DNA of 64,000 bases from an uncultured Dechloromonas sp. (GTDB lineage: Bacteria; Pseudomonadota; Gammaproteobacteria; Burkholderiales; Rhodocyclaceae): NCBI RefSeq assembly GCF_945957265.1, contig NZ_CAMFKO010000017.1, positions 7,458 to 71,457 of the forward strand, read 5' to 3'. Below are positions 25,319-37,758 of the stretch, in pieces; position 1 is the stretch's first letter; each line of letters begins with the position of its first letter. A model generated the notes under the pieces. It saw only the letters and a list, made by a program, of their open reading frames with translations, ran no database searches and was not told the DNA's origin. A program made the translations under genes and the position numbers.

Positions 25319-26113
25319 ATGCCTTCAAGCCTCGACGAACAGACGCCGCACGAATTCGAAATTGACCGGTTCGACGAGTACGCCCAATACGCCCTGAATC
25401 AGGCGCCGGAAATTCACTACTACCTTGGCCAGTTGGCCAGGCAAGGCGACCTGATCAGCGCCTACCTCGACGACGGGCGACAGAGCTTCCTGACCACCCT
25501 GCTGGCGGTGGAGACGGAAAGCGGCGAACTCTTTTTCGACGCCCCCCAATCGCCGGAGCAATCCAGCGCTGCCGTTCAGGCGCAGCAAATCACCTTCATC
25601 GTCCGCATCGAACGAATCAAGGTGCAGTTTCGCCTCAACGCACTGCAGGCGACCACCCGCGACAATCGCCCGGCGCTCAAGGGCGCGATCCCGAGCATGC
25701 TGCTGCGCCTGCAGCGCCGCGAGCACTTCCGCCTCGAACCGCCGGGCGGGACGCCGATCCGCTGCGGCATCGCCATCGACGGCACGAACACCGGAATCCA
25801 CCGCCACGACCTGCCCGCCCTCGACATCAGCGGCGGCGGCATCAGCCTGGAAGCGCCGATCGGCCTGCTGGAAGATCTCGAACCCGGAAGCATATTCAAG
25901 GATTGCCGCCTGGACATCCCGGACGAGTGCGTCCTGCAGATCAACCTGCAAGTGCGCAAGGTCGTGGAGATATCGTCAGCCAGAGGGCCGCACACCCTCC
26001 GCATCGGCTGCTCCTTCGTCGGCGTTCCCGCCATGCGGCAGGGCATGATCGAGCGCTATATCACCCGCATCGAACGCGAACGCACCGCCAGGAATTCCGG
26101 CCTGGTCGATTAG
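25319..26113 (+). CDS. ycgR: YcgR-type flagellar brake protein (PilZN + PilZ c-di-GMP receptor)
   Basis: The PilZ motifs LQRREHFR (RxxxR) and DISGGGIS (DxSxxG) are present, with a YcgR-like N-terminal domain. Confidence 0.8.
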   Translation: MPSSLDEQTPHEFEIDRFDEYAQYALNQAPEIHYYLGQLARQGDLISAYLDDGRQSFLTTLLAVETESGELFFDAPQSPEQSSAAVQAQQITFIVRIERIKVQFRLNALQATTRDNRPALKGAIPSMLLRLQRREHFRLEPPGGTPIRCGIAIDGTNTGIHRHDLPALDISGGGISLEAPIGLLEDLEPGSIFKDCRLDIPDECVLQINLQVRKVVEISSARGPHTLRIGCSFVGVPAMRQGMIERYITRIERERTARNSGLVD

Positions 26114-26433
26114 ACCTGGATGTTCATCACATCCTGGTAGGCGGAAACCAGCTTGTTGCGCACCTGCACCATTTCCTGGAACGACACGCTGGCCGTCTGC
26201 AAGGCGATCATGACCTCATGAAGGTTCTGGCTGGTATCGCCGGCGGCAAGTTTTTCCGCCATCTGGTTGGCCTGCTGCTGGGTTTCGTTCACCTTGTCGA
26301 TGGAGCTCTGCAAAATCTGGGCGAAATCGGAACCGCCGGCAGCCGGTGCCGCGGGCGCTGCGGCCTTGCCGGACGCCTGTGCCGCCGTGGTGCGCAGCGC
26401 ACTCAACATTTGTTCGATTCCGTTCGTATCCAT
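26110..26433 (-). CDS. fliE: Flagellar hook-basal body protein FliE
   Basis: FAQILQSSIDKVNETQQQA...MIALQTASVSFQEMVQVRNKLVSAYQDVMNIQV. The start was trimmed to ATG 26431-26433. Confidence 0.93.
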   Translation of the reverse strand: MDTNGIEQMLSALRTTAAQASGKAAAPAAPAAGGSDFAQILQSSIDKVNETQQQANQMAEKLAAGDTSQNLHEVMIALQTASVSFQEMVQVRNKLVSAYQDVMNIQV

Positions 26434-26463
26434 GATGTGCTCCAACCTAGTCGGCCATTAACA

Positions 26464-26479
26464 AGCAATTCCCAGGCCA
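26464..26479 (-). promoter_or_regulatory. Sigma-54 promoter of fliE
   Basis: The minus strand reads TGGCCTGGGAATTGCT, a full TGGC-N7-TTGC match. It lies ~30 nt upstream of the fliE ATG, between the fleR stop and fliE. Confidence 0.7.
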
Positions 26480-26480
26480 A

Positions 26481-27843
26481 TCAACCCTCGAAATACCCTT
26501 CATCGCGATACTGCTGCAGTTTGTAGCGCAAGGTACGCTCCGATATCCCCAGGCGCTCGATGGCCTTCTTGCGCGAACCGCCCACTTCGGTGAGCGTCCG
26601 CAGGATATGGTCGCGTTCCAGGTCCTTCATATTATCGACCTTTTTTGCCGCTTCCGGCACGCCAGGCGACGTGCCGGGCGCCGCGGCAAGCGGGCTGGCT
26701 TGCGCCACCCCGTCCACCGGCCGGACCACCAGATTCAGGGCTTCCGGTCCGATGGCACTGCCCGATGCCATGATCAAGGCGCGCTGAATGACGTTCTCGA
26801 GCTCGCGGATATTGCCGGGCCAGGCGTGCGCGGCCAGCGCCGCCTCGGCGCCGGACGACAGCGACATGCCGGTCCGCCCGAAGCGCCCGCCATGCTCGGT
26901 CACGAAATGGCGGGCGATGGCGACGATATCCTCCGGACGCTGCCGCAGCGCGGGAATGGCGATGGGGAACACGTTCAGCCGGTAATAAAGGTCTTCGCGG
27001 AAGACGCCCCTGGCAACTGCTTCCGCCATGTCGCGATTGGAAGTCGCGACAATGCGGATGTTCAGGGCCACCGGCTTCTTGCCGCCGACCCGCTCGACTT
27101 CGCGCTCCTGCAACACCCGCAGCAACTTGGCCTGCAGCCCCATTGGCATCTCGGTCACCTCGTCGAGCAGCAAGGTCCCGTCCTGTGCCTGCTCGAACTT
27201 GCCGGCCTGCGCCTGCTGGGCGCCGGTAAACGCGCCTTTTTCGTAACCGAACAAGGTCGCCTCGAGCAGGCTGTCCGGGATCGCCGCGCAGTTGATGGCG
27301 ACGAAAGGACCATCCCGGCGCGCCGAATGACGATGGATGTAGCGAGCAACCACTTCCTTGCCGACGCCCGATTCACCGGTGAGGAGCACTGTCGCATCGG
27401 TCTGGGCGACACGCTGGGCGATGGCGAACAGCTCGCGGCTGGCCGGATCGTTGGCGACAACTCCCGCTCCACCCTCCGCGGCCGGCAATTCGTACTTGTC
27501 GATGTGGGCGAGCAAGGCCTGCGGCTCAAACGGCTTGAGCAGGAAATCGCACGCCCCGGAACGCATCGCATCGACCGCCTTGTCGACCTCGGCATAGGCC
27601 GTCATCAGAACCACCGGCAGGTGCGGCAGGCGGGCACGAACCTCCTTGAGCAGGGTGATGCCGTCCATCGGCATCATGCGCACATCGCTGACCACGATGG
27701 AAAAGGCCTGCTCCGCCAACACCTTGAGCGCGGCTTCGCCGCCATCCACCGCGACGTAGGCGCGCCCGGACAATTCGAGCGTATCGCCGATGGCCTCGCG
27801 CAGACTGGGATCATCCTCGACAACGAGGATGGGCAAGCGATGA

Positions 27844-27851
<8 letters not shown>
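26481..27851 (-). CDS. fleR: Sigma-54-dependent response regulator (FleR/FlrC type)
   Basis: It has a receiver domain, an AAA+ domain (GESGVGKEVVARYIH, GAFTGA) and a C-terminal HTH. Confidence 0.9.
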
Positions 27852-29040
<1,189 letters not shown>

Positions 29041-29097
29041 TGAAAAAAGATAGGGTGAATTCAGGCGCGGTAATAGTAGAATATTTCTAGGAAAATT

Positions 29098-29113
29098 TGG
29101 CTTCTCAATTGAT
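29098..29113 (+). promoter_or_regulatory. Sigma-54-like promoter of fliF
   Basis: TGGCTTCTCAATTGAT has correct GG to TTG spacing, but the -12 element is TTGA rather than TTGC. It lies 39 nt upstream of the ATG. Confidence 0.5.
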
Positions 29114-29149
29114 TCTTCTTCTGTTTCACCGCATTTCAACCGAGTATTG

Positions 29150-30901
29150 ATGGCAGCAACTACCGAGACGACAGCAGGAAACGCACCGGCCGCAAATCCG
29201 GCCGAACGCCTGCGCGACGCCTTCAACCGGCTCGGCAGCCAGCAGAAGCTCGTCCTCATGGTCGCTCTTGCCGCCATCGTCGCGGTCATCGTCGGCACCA
29301 TCCTGTGGAGCCGCCAGCCCAACTGGAAAGTCCTCTTTTCCAACCTGAACGAGAAAGATGGCGGCTCGATCGCCGCCGTTCTCGAACAGCAGAACATCCC
29401 GCACCGCTACAGCGACACCGGCGCCCTGCTCGTTCCCGCCGAACGCGTCCATGAAGTCCGCCTGAAACTGGCCTCGCAAGGCCTGCCGCGCGGCGGCATG
29501 GTGGGCTTCGAACTGATGGAGAACCAGAAGTTCGGGGTCAGCCAGTTCGCCGAACAGGTCAATTACCAGCGCGGCCTCGAAGGCGAGCTGGCGCGCACCA
29601 TCCAGTCCATCGGCTCGGTCCAGTCGGCGCGCGTCCACCTGGCGATCCCCAAGCCCTCGGTTTTCGTCCGCGAAGAACAGAAGCCGACCGCCTCGGTGAT
29701 GCTCAACCTCTACCCCGGCCGCAACCTGGATGCCGGACAGATCGCCGGCATCACGCACCTGGTGTCGTCGAGCGTGCCGCAATTGCCGGCCGCCAACGTC
29801 ACCGTCATCGACCAGAGCGGCGCCCTGCTGTCGCAACTGAAGAGCAAGCTGACCGAAGCCGGCCTCGACCCGGCCCAGATCAAGTACGTGCGCGAGGTCG
29901 AGAACAGCATCATCAAGCGTATCGACGAAATTCTCGCCCCGCTGCTCGGGCAGGACAACTTCAAGGTGCAGGTCGCCGCCGACGTCGATTTTTCGCAGAC
30001 GGAACAGACGGCCGAGAGCTTCCGCCCGAACAACACGCCGGAAAGCACCAGCATCCGCAGCCAGCAGAACAACGAGTCGGCCAACGTCAACCAGGCCGCC
30101 GGCGGCGTCCCCGGCGCGCTGACCAACCAGCCGCCGGTGCCGGCCACCGCCCCCCTGACCAGCCCGGCCACCGGCAATGCGCCGGGGCAACCCGGAAAGC
30201 CGGGCGAGCTCCAGGGCAAGATCGATGCCGCGGGGGTCACGGCCCCGCTCAATGCGGCCGGCCAGCCGATCAGCACCAGCAAGAACGCGACGATCAATTA
30301 CGAGCTGGACAAGACCATCCGCCACACCCGCCAGGGCATGGGCAACATCCGCCGCCTGTCGGCCGCGGTCGTCCTCAATCACCGCAAGGAAGTCGACAAG
30401 GCCGGCAAGCAGATCACGAAGGCGCTTCCCGACGCGGAAATGAAGCAGATCAACGAACTGGTGCGCGAAGCGATGGGCTACAGCAAGGAGCGCGGCGACA
30501 CCCTGTCGGTCGCCAACGCCCCTTTCACAGCCGTCGACAAGAGCGACAGCGAACTGCCGATCTGGAAGGACCCGGAGAACGTCTCGTTCGCCAAGGACAT
30601 CGTCAAGTACCTGCTGATCGCGGCCATCATCGGCTTCCTGTACCTGAAGATCATCCAGCCGCTGCTCAAGACCATGTTCCCGCCGCATCATGAAGGCGAG
30701 CGGCACGGTGCCGGCGAAGGCGCCGGCGGCATCTTCGGCGGGGCCGAGGCGGGCGCCGAGGAAGGCGGCGAAGAGGGCGCCACCCAGGTGCACATCGACC
30801 ATTACGCGGTCAAGGTCCAGAAGGCGCGGGATATCGCCGACCAGGACCCGAAGGCCATTGCCAACATGATCAAGGACTGGATGGGCGTCAATGGCAACTA
30901 G
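29150..30901 (+). CDS. fliF: Flagellar MS-ring protein FliF
   Basis: The size and motifs (GMVGFELM, VHLAIPKPSVFV) fit FliF. The track start at 29147 is a TTG, and the ATG is at 29150. Confidence 0.95.
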   Translation: MAATTETTAGNAPAANPAERLRDAFNRLGSQQKLVLMVALAAIVAVIVGTILWSRQPNWKVLFSNLNEKDGGSIAAVLEQQNIPHRYSDTGALLVPAERVHEVRLKLASQGLPRGGMVGFELMENQKFGVSQFAEQVNYQRGLEGELARTIQSIGSVQSARVHLAIPKPSVFVREEQKPTASVMLNLYPGRNLDAGQIAGITHLVSSSVPQLPAANVTVIDQSGALLSQLKSKLTEAGLDPAQIKYVREVENSIIKRIDEILAPLLGQDNFKVQVAADVDFSQTEQTAESFRPNNTPESTSIRSQQNNESANVNQAAGGVPGALTNQPPVPATAPLTSPATGNAPGQPGKPGELQGKIDAAGVTAPLNAAGQPISTSKNATINYELDKTIRHTRQGMGNIRRLSAAVVLNHRKEVDKAGKQITKALPDAEMKQINELVREAMGYSKERGDTLSVANAPFTAVDKSDSELPIWKDPENVSFAKDIVKYLLIAAIIGFLYLKIIQPLLKTMFPPHHEGERHGAGEGAGGIFGGAEAGAEEGGEEGATQVHIDHYAVKVQKARDIADQDPKAIANMIKDWMGVNGN

Positions 30902-31895
30902 CCCCGAGGAAGGACTGGAAAAGAGCGCCACGCTGCTCATCGCGCTCGGCGAGGATCGCGCGGCGGAAGTGCTCAAGCACCTGGGGCCGCGCGAAGTCCA
31001 GAAGATCGGCCATGCCATGGCATCGCTGAAATCGGTGCCGCGCGCCAAGGTCGAAGGCATCCTCGACGAATTCCTCCAGGCCTCCGAAGAGCATGCCGCC
31101 GTCCACGTCGACACCGACAACTACGTCCGCTCCGTGCTGACCAAGGCGCTGGGCGACGACAAGGCCTCCAACCTCATTTCGCGCATCCTGCAGACGGGCG
31201 AAACCTCAGGCATCGAGGGCCTCAAGTGGATGGACGCGGCAACCGTGGCCGACCTGATCAAGAACGAACACCCGCAGATCATCTCGACCATCCTGGTGCA
31301 CCTGGAACACGACCACGCCAGCGAAATCCTGAATCACTTCACCGAGCGCCTGCGCAACGACGTGGTTCTGCGCATCGCCACCCTCGAAGGCATCCAGCCC
31401 GCCGCCCTGCGCGAGCTGAATGAAGCCATGATGCGCATCCTCGCCGGCTCGGCGAGCGTCAAGCGGACGGCGATGGGCGGCGTGCGGACCGTTGCCGAAA
31501 TCCTCAACTTCATCGGCACCGCCAACGAAACGTCGGTGGTGGACGCCATCCGCGAATACGACCCGGATCTCGCCCAGAAGATTCTCGACGAGATGTTCGT
31601 CTTCGAGAACCTGATGGACATCGACGATCGCTCGATCCAGCTGATCCTGCGCGAAGTCCAGTCCGACTCGCTGATCCTGGCCCTCAAGGGCGCCTCGCCC
31701 GAATTGCGCGAGAAGATTTTCAAGAACATGTCGCAACGCGCCGCCGAAATGCTGCGCGAAGACCTGGAGTCGAAGGGTCCGGTTCGACTTTCCGAAGTGG
31801 AAGCCGAACAGAAGGAAATCCTCAAGATCGTTCGTCGCCTCGCCGACGAAGGCCAGATCGTGCTCGGCGGCGCCGGCGGCGAGCAGATGGTTTAA
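30891..31895 (+). CDS. fliG: Flagellar motor switch protein FliG
   Basis: EHPQIISTILVHLE...MFVFENLMDIDDRSIQ. Confidence 0.95.
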   Translation: MATSPEEGLEKSATLLIALGEDRAAEVLKHLGPREVQKIGHAMASLKSVPRAKVEGILDEFLQASEEHAAVHVDTDNYVRSVLTKALGDDKASNLISRILQTGETSGIEGLKWMDAATVADLIKNEHPQIISTILVHLEHDHASEILNHFTERLRNDVVLRIATLEGIQPAALRELNEAMMRILAGSASVKRTAMGGVRTVAEILNFIGTANETSVVDAIREYDPDLAQKILDEMFVFENLMDIDDRSIQLILREVQSDSLILALKGASPELREKIFKNMSQRAAEMLREDLESKGPVRLSEVEAEQKEILKIVRRLADEGQIVLGGAGGEQMV

Positions 31896-31898
31896 CCG

Positions 31899-32621
31899 AT
31901 GTCGCGCATCATTCCCAAGGAGCAGCTGGCCGGCTATCAGCGCTGGCAGATCGGCTCCTTCGACAAGCCAGCCGAGCCAAGCGCGCCGCCCGCCAGCGAG
32001 ACCGCCGGATCGCCGTCGATGCAGCCCGCGGCCGAATCCGGGCAACTCGACGCGGGCATGGTCGTCGACATTCCCTTCCCGACCGCCGACGACCTGGCGC
32101 GCATCAACGATGCCGCGCGCACCGAAGGCTACCAGGCCGGCTACGAAGAAGGCCTGGCCGCCGGGCAGGCCGAGTTCGACGCGCGCACGGCGGAGCAGAC
32201 CGCACAGTTCTCGGCCATCATCGGCAATCTCCAGGTTTCGCTGGCCCACCTCGACCAGGAAGTATCCGACCAGTTGCTCGACCTCGCGCTCGAGGTCGCC
32301 TCGCAAGTGCTCCGCAGCGCGCTCAAGGTCGAACGCGAGCGCCTGCTGCCGACCATACGCGAAGCCCTGGCCGAATTGCCGCTGCACCACGGCACCATCT
32401 CGCTGCACCTCAACCCGCTGGATGCCGAGGCGCTCTCCGCGACGCTCAAGGATCAACTGCCCCATACCGGCGCCCACATCGTTCCGGACGTGGCCGTTTC
32501 CGAAGGCGGCTGCCAGGTCCGGGCGGGCAGCAGCGAAATCGATGCCTCGATCGAAACGCGCTGGCGGCGGGTTCTCGAGGCCATCGGCATTGAACCGACG
32601 CCATGGCTGACGAAAACCTGA
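31899..32621 (+). CDS. fliH: Flagellar assembly protein FliH
   Basis: Called from its position between fliG and fliI and a FliH-like C-terminus. Confidence 0.85.
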   Translation: MSRIIPKEQLAGYQRWQIGSFDKPAEPSAPPASETAGSPSMQPAAESGQLDAGMVVDIPFPTADDLARINDAARTEGYQAGYEEGLAAGQAEFDARTAEQTAQFSAIIGNLQVSLAHLDQEVSDQLLDLALEVASQVLRSALKVERERLLPTIREALAELPLHHGTISLHLNPLDAEALSATLKDQLPHTGAHIVPDVAVSEGGCQVRAGSSEIDASIETRWRRVLEAIGIEPTPWLTKT

Positions 32622-34021
32622 GCACGCCGCCGCCCGACCACATCGGTCGCTGGCGGCGCTTCCTGGCCAACTGCCAAGCAGCCGCCAGCCAGGCCCAACC
32701 CCTGTGGGCGACCGGCCGCCTGACGCGCATCAACGGCCTGGTCATGGAGGCATCCGGCCTCAAGCTGCCGCTCGGCAGCACCTGCCGCATCATCCCGGGC
32801 GGCGGAACGCCGGTGGAAGCCGAAGTCGTCGGCTTTTCCGGCGAGAAAGTCTACCTGATGCCATCCGACGACGTTTTCGGCCTCGCTCCCGGCGCCCGCG
32901 TCGAGGCGGTCGATGTGCCGCAGACCGGGCCGCGCGTCGACTTCCCCCAGTTCAAGCGGCGCCGCGCGATCGATCGCGCCAAGCAGGTGCCGGTCGGCGA
33001 CGAACTGCTCGGCCGCGTCGTCGACGGCGTCGGACGCCCGCTGGACAACAAGGGCCCGCTCGCCATTTCGACCACGCGCTCGCTGCAGAGCCGCCCCTTC
33101 AACCCGATGATGCGCGCCGCCATCGATCAGCCGCTCGATGTCGGCATACGGGCGATCAACGCCCTGCTGACCGTCGGACGCGGCCAGCGGATGGGGCTTT
33201 TCGCCGGCTCCGGCGTCGGCAAGTCGGTTCTCCTCGGCATGATGGCGCGCTACACCGAAGCCGAGGTCATCGTCGTCGGCCTGATCGGCGAACGGGGTCG
33301 CGAGGTCAAGGAATTCATCGAACAGATTCTCGGCGAGGAAGGCATGCGGCGCTCCGTCGTCGTCGCCGCGCCGGCCGACACCGGGCCGCTCATGCGCCTG
33401 CAGGGCGCCGCCTATGCGACGACCATCGCCGAATACTTCCGCGACCAGGGCAAGCAGGTCCTGCTGATCATGGACTCGCTGACCCGCTTCGCCATGGCCC
33501 AGCGCGAGATAGCGCTGGCCATCGGCGAGCCGCCGGCGACGCGCGGCTACCCGCCATCGGTCTTCGCCCGCCTGCCGCAGCTGGTCGAGCGCGCCGGCAA
33601 CGGCCCGGAAGGCGGCGGCTCGATTACCGCCTTCTATACCGTGCTCGCCGAAGGCGACGACCAGCAGGACCCGATCGCCGACTCGGCGCGCGCCATCCTC
33701 GACGGTCACATCGTGCTCTCGCGCACGCTGGCCGACGCCGGCCACTACCCGGCCATCGACATCGAACAGTCGATCAGCCGCGCCATGGTCAACCTGATCG
33801 ATGCGCCGCACCTCGACCAGATCCGCAAATTCAAGGTGCTCTTCGCGCGCTATCAACGCTCGCGCGACCTGATCTCGGTCGGCGCCTATGCGCCGGGCTC
33901 CGACCCCGTTCTCGACCAGGCCATCGCGCTCTACCCGAGGATGGAAGGCTTCCTGCAACAACAACTGGCCGAGCAGGCGGACTTTCCGGCCAGCCTTGAA
34001 GCGCTCAGAACGCTGCTCTGA
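32603..34021 (+). CDS. fliI: Flagellum-specific ATPase FliI
   Basis: Walker [12 protein letters not shown] is present, with an F1-ATPase-like fold. Confidence 0.95.
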   Translation: MADENLSTPPPDHIGRWRRFLANCQAAASQAQPLWATGRLTRINGLVMEASGLKLPLGSTCRIIPGGGTPVEAEVVGFSGEKVYLMPSDDVFGLAPGARVEAVDVPQTGPRVDFPQFKRRRAIDRAKQVPVGDELLGRVVDGVGRPLDNKGPLAISTTRSLQSRPFNPMMRAAIDQPLDVGIRAINALLTVGRGQRMGLFAGSGVGKSVLLGMMARYTEAEVIVVGLIGERGREVKEFIEQILGEEGMRRSVVVAAPADTGPLMRLQGAAYATTIAEYFRDQGKQVLLIMDSLTRFAMAQREIALAIGEPPATRGYPPSVFARLPQLVERAGNGPEGGGSITAFYTVLAEGDDQQDPIADSARAILDGHIVLSRTLADAGHYPAIDIEQSISRAMVNLIDAPHLDQIRKFKVLFARYQRSRDLISVGAYAPGSDPVLDQAIALYPRMEGFLQQQLAEQADFPASLEALRTLL

Positions 34022-34027
34022 TAACCC

Positions 34028-34486
34028 ATGCCCCAGACATTCTCGCTGCAGCCCCTGCTCGACCTGATGCAAACCCGCACCGACGAGGCGACCCGGACCC
34101 TCGGCAAGCTGATCGCGGCGGAACAAAGCCAGCGCAGCCGCCTGCAGATGCTCGAGCAATATCGCGAGGAATATGCCCAGCGCCTGCGGGAAGCCGTCGC
34201 CCAGGGCATTACCCGCCTGGTCATGCTCAACTACCAGGACTTCCTGGCCAGGATCGACGAAGCCATCGAGCAGCAGCGGCTTGCCGTGCAGGACTCCGAA
34301 CGCAACACCAAGGCGGGCCAGGCGCACTGGCAAAGCCAGAACAAGCAACTGAAGGCCATCGACACCCTGTCCCAGCGGCATGACGCCCGTGAGCGCTATC
34401 GCGAAAACAAGATCGAGCAAAAGCTTCAGGACGAGTTCTCCACGCGGAAATACGGCAGCAAGGATCCGTCCGACCCGGATTCCTGA
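34028..34486 (+). CDS. fliJ: Flagellar export chaperone FliJ
   Basis: A coiled-coil protein of 152 aa located after fliI. Confidence 0.85.
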   Translation: MPQTFSLQPLLDLMQTRTDEATRTLGKLIAAEQSQRSRLQMLEQYREEYAQRLREAVAQGITRLVMLNYQDFLARIDEAIEQQRLAVQDSERNTKAGQAHWQSQNKQLKAIDTLSQRHDARERYRENKIEQKLQDEFSTRKYGSKDPSDPDS

Positions 34487-34539
34487 CAGGCACGCATATT
34501 GCTGACAGCTGGCTGAACGATCTTTTCGAGGATTTGGCC

Positions 34540-35643
34540 ATGGGCCTGAGTGTTATTTCACAGCTAGCGACCGTCATCAGCGCAACGCCAGCCGCCGGCT
34601 CAATTGCCGCCGGCGACGCCCTGCCCGGCGATTTTGCCGCCCTGCTGGCGGGCCAGGCGCTGCCCGCGCTGATGTCGCTGGGCGGCGATGCGGCCATCGT
34701 CCCGAAAACCCTTGCCGACGACACCGCCAAGCAGGACCCGGCCACCGGCGACACCGCCGCCGACACCGGCGTATCCGTGCTCGATCCGGCGGCGCTCATC
34801 GCCATGCTCGGCAACGCCCAGGGCCAACCCGTCACCCGCAGCGAGCCCCCGAAGAAGGAAGCCAACGACGAGACGCTCGCCGCAGCGGCGACCGGCCAAT
34901 GGCTGCCGGGCAACATCCCGGCCGAATCGAAACCCCGTGATCTTCCCGTTCCGGACAAGGCCTTGCCCGCGCAACGCGCCACCCTGGGCACTCCGGGCCC
35001 GCAGGCCGCGACGGCGCCCCACGCCAGCGACCCGGCGCCGGCAAGCAAACCGGCGCTCGACACGGCAAATATTGCCGCTGGCAGCGAGCCCGGCACCAGC
35101 CAGGCCCCGGCATTCAGCGAGGCGATCGCCACCTCCCTTCAGCAACGGGGCGTCGCGCCGAGCGTTCATTCGACCGCGACCGCGACCACGAACACAGCCA
35201 CGGGCAGTGTCCCCGCCCACCTGCACAGCTCGGCATGGTCGCAGCAATTCAGCGAAAAGGTGGTCTGGATGGCCAGCCACGATGTGCAAAGCGCCCAGAT
35301 CAACATCAACCCGCCGCAACTCGGACCGCTGCAGATCACCCTGAGCCTGAACGGCGACCAGGCCAGCGCCGTATTCGCATCGCCTCATGCCGAGGTGCGC
35401 CAGGCGATCGAAAGTTCCATGCCCCAACTGAAGGAAATGCTCGCCTCCGCCGGCATCAGCCTGGGCGACACCAATGTCGGGGCGAATCTGGCACAGCAAA
35501 ACCAGAACAGCCCTTTCACCACGCCAAACAGAACCCAAGCGACGCTTGAAAACGCTATACTCCCGGCCAATGACAATGCGCCAGGCGCAGGTGTCGCAAC
35601 GCCCCTGCAACAAGGCCGGGGCCTTGTAGACCTGTTTGCCTGA
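34540..35643 (+). CDS. fliK: Flagellar hook-length control protein FliK
   Basis: The protein is Pro/Ala-rich. The C-terminus is ININPPQLGPLQITLSLNGDQASAVFASPHAEVRQAIE. The track start 34534 is a TTG. Confidence 0.85.
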   Translation: MGLSVISQLATVISATPAAGSIAAGDALPGDFAALLAGQALPALMSLGGDAAIVPKTLADDTAKQDPATGDTAADTGVSVLDPAALIAMLGNAQGQPVTRSEPPKKEANDETLAAAATGQWLPGNIPAESKPRDLPVPDKALPAQRATLGTPGPQAATAPHASDPAPASKPALDTANIAAGSEPGTSQAPAFSEAIATSLQQRGVAPSVHSTATATTNTATGSVPAHLHSSAWSQQFSEKVVWMASHDVQSAQININPPQLGPLQITLSLNGDQASAVFASPHAEVRQAIESSMPQLKEMLASAGISLGDTNVGANLAQQNQNSPFTTPNRTQATLENAILPANDNAPGAGVATPLQQGRGLVDLFA

Positions 35644-35673
35644 CGGACAAGGAAACTCTAGACAGGAGGGAAC

Positions 35674-36240
35674 ATGGCCAAGGATGCCAAGCCAGCGGAA
35701 GAAGGGGCGGAAGTCGCTCCCAAGAAAAGCAAAAAACTGTTGATCATCATCTTGGCTGTCGTTCTGGTGGTTGTCCTGGCCGGCGGTGGCGCGGCCTTCA
35801 TGCTGCTCAAGAAGGGCGATCACGAGGAAGGCGACGAGGAAGTCGCCGAAGAAACCGCCAAGCCCAAGAAAAAGGACAAGAAGAAGGATGCGCACGCCGC
35901 GCCGGTCTTCGTCAACCTCGACCCCTTCACGGTCAACCTGGTGCCCGAAACCGGCGACCAGTACCTGCAGGTCATCCTTTCGCTCGAACTCGAAGATGCA
36001 GCGGCGGATCCGCAGCTCAAGGCCTTGACGCCCAAGATCCGCAACAACATCACCTTGCTGCTGTCCTCCAAGAAGGCGTCGGAGCTGTTGCCGAAGGAAG
36101 GCAAGGAGAAGCTGGCCGAAGCGCTCAAGGAGGAGATCAACTCGGTGATCGAGCCGCCGAAGAAGAACAAGAAAGGCGAAACCACGCCCTCCGAGGGCCC
36201 GGTCAAAGCCGTTCTTTTCACCTCTTTCATCATCCAGTAA
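35674..36240 (+). CDS. fliL: Flagellar basal-body-associated protein FliL
   Basis: It has a single TM helix and the segment FVNLDPFTVNL. Confidence 0.9.
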   Translation: MAKDAKPAEEGAEVAPKKSKKLLIIILAVVLVVVLAGGGAAFMLLKKGDHEEGDEEVAEETAKPKKKDKKKDAHAAPVFVNLDPFTVNLVPETGDQYLQVILSLELEDAAADPQLKALTPKIRNNITLLLSSKKASELLPKEGKEKLAEALKEEINSVIEPPKKNKKGETTPSEGPVKAVLFTSFIIQ

Positions 36241-36246
36241 GGAGCC

Positions 36247-37263
36247 ATGGCAGGCGACTTTCTCTCACAGGATGAGGTTGACGCCCTACTCAAGGGCGTC
36301 ACCGGCGAGACTGACGAACCTGAGGACAGCGCAGGTGAGGGCGGCGGTGTTCGCGCCTACAACATCGGCACCCAGGAACGGATCGTCCGCGGCCGGATGC
36401 CGACCCTGGAGTTGGTCAACGAGCGCTTTGCCCGCTACCTGCGCATCGGCCTGTTCAACTACATGCACCGGAATGCGGAAATCTCGGTCGGCCCGATCCG
36501 CGTCCAGAAATACAGCGAGTTCATCCGCAACCTCGTCGTCCCGACCAACCTGAATCTTGTCGTCGCCAAGCCGCTGCGCGGCACCGCGCTGTTCGTATTC
36601 GACCCGAACCTGGTTTTCCTGGTCGTCGACAACATGTTCGGGGGCGACGGGCGCTTTCACACGCGCGTCGAAGGACGGGACTTCACTCCGACCGAGCAGC
36701 GCATCATCCAGGGCCTGCTCAACGTCGTGTTCACCGAATACAGCAAGTCCTGGAAACCGGTTTACGACATCAGCTTCGAATACATCCGCTCGGAGATGAA
36801 TTCGCAGTTCGCCAACATCGCCACCCCCTCCGAAATCGTCGTGTCGACGACCTTCACGCTGGAGTTCGGCGGCGCGACGGCGGACATGCACATCTGCTTC
36901 CCCTATTCGATGCTGGAGCCCATCCGCGACCTCCTGTACAGCACCATGCAAAGCGACCAGCTGTCGTCGGACAAACGCTGGATCGGCACCCTGCGCAAGC
37001 AACTGCAGGGCGCCGAGGTTGAAATCGTGGCCATGCTGGGCTCGGGCAAGGTATCGCTGGGGCAGATACTCAAGCTCAAGGTCGGGGACGTCATTCCCCT
37101 GCACATCCCGGACAAGATCGAAGCCTTGGTCGATAGCGTTCCGCTCATGGAATGCACCTACGGCCAGCTGAACGGTCAATATGCTTTGAAGGTCGAGCGA
37201 TTCATCGCCGCACCGCCGGAAGCCCCCAACGTGGAACCGGCACCAGGAGAAAACAATGGCTGA
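36247..37263 (+). CDS. fliM: Flagellar motor switch protein FliM
   Basis: LSQDEVDALL is the CheY-P binding N-terminus, and the rest of the protein looks like FliM. Confidence 0.95.
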   Translation: MAGDFLSQDEVDALLKGVTGETDEPEDSAGEGGGVRAYNIGTQERIVRGRMPTLELVNERFARYLRIGLFNYMHRNAEISVGPIRVQKYSEFIRNLVVPTNLNLVVAKPLRGTALFVFDPNLVFLVVDNMFGGDGRFHTRVEGRDFTPTEQRIIQGLLNVVFTEYSKSWKPVYDISFEYIRSEMNSQFANIATPSEIVVSTTFTLEFGGATADMHICFPYSMLEPIRDLLYSTMQSDQLSSDKRWIGTLRKQLQGAEVEIVAMLGSGKVSLGQILKLKVGDVIPLHIPDKIEALVDSVPLMECTYGQLNGQYALKVERFIAAPPEAPNVEPAPGENNG

Positions 37264-37699
37264 CGAAATGGAAAACATCGAGAGCAACGCCGCCGAAGAA
37301 GGCCAGATCAGCGAAGACGACTGGGCTGCCGCAATGGCCGAACAGGCCGTTTCCGACGCCCCGGCCGAGCAGTTCAATGCCCAGCCGGCGAACATTTTCC
37401 CCTCGTTCGGCGGCAACAGCGGCAATGGCGGCATGATGAACGAACTCGACATGATCCTGGACATCCCGGTCCAGATCACGGTCGAGCTCGGCCGCACCAA
37501 GATCACCATCAAGAACCTGTTGCAGCTCGCCCATGGCTCGGTCGTCGAACTCGATGCCATGGCCGGCGAGCCGATGGATGTCATGGTCAATGGAACGCTC
37601 ATCGCCCAGGGCGAGGTCGTCGTGGTCAATGACAAGTTCGGCATCCGCCTGACCGACATCATCACGCCATCGGAGCGGATGCGTAAGCTCAATCGCTGA
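37256..37699 (+). CDS. fliN: Flagellar motor switch protein FliN
   Basis: The SpoA-type C-terminus is LDIPVQITVELGRTKITIKNLLQL. Confidence 0.95.
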   Translation: MADEMENIESNAAEEGQISEDDWAAAMAEQAVSDAPAEQFNAQPANIFPSFGGNSGNGGMMNELDMILDIPVQITVELGRTKITIKNLLQLAHGSVVELDAMAGEPMDVMVNGTLIAQGEVVVVNDKFGIRLTDIITPSERMRKLNR

Positions 37700-37758
37700 A
37701 CGCGCCGGGGAGTTTCGATTAAGATAGCGGGCTACGATCTCCGCTAGCGAAACCCGCC

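Noticed and set aside
29041-29146. Sigma-54 promoter for fleS on the minus strand of the fleS/fliF divergent region
   Set aside because: No GG-N10-GC element with acceptable spacing was found on that strand. Only the plus-strand fliF element is visible.
29126-31120. 664-aa minus-strand ORF opposite fliF
   Set aside because: It is a shadow ORF antisense to fliF. The same reasoning applies to 32453-34420 (opposite fliI), 41531-43414 (opposite flgK), 60269-62392 (opposite cheA), 10129-11478 (opposite ppd), 36286-37692 (opposite fliM/fliN) and 38500-39603 (opposite fliP-R).
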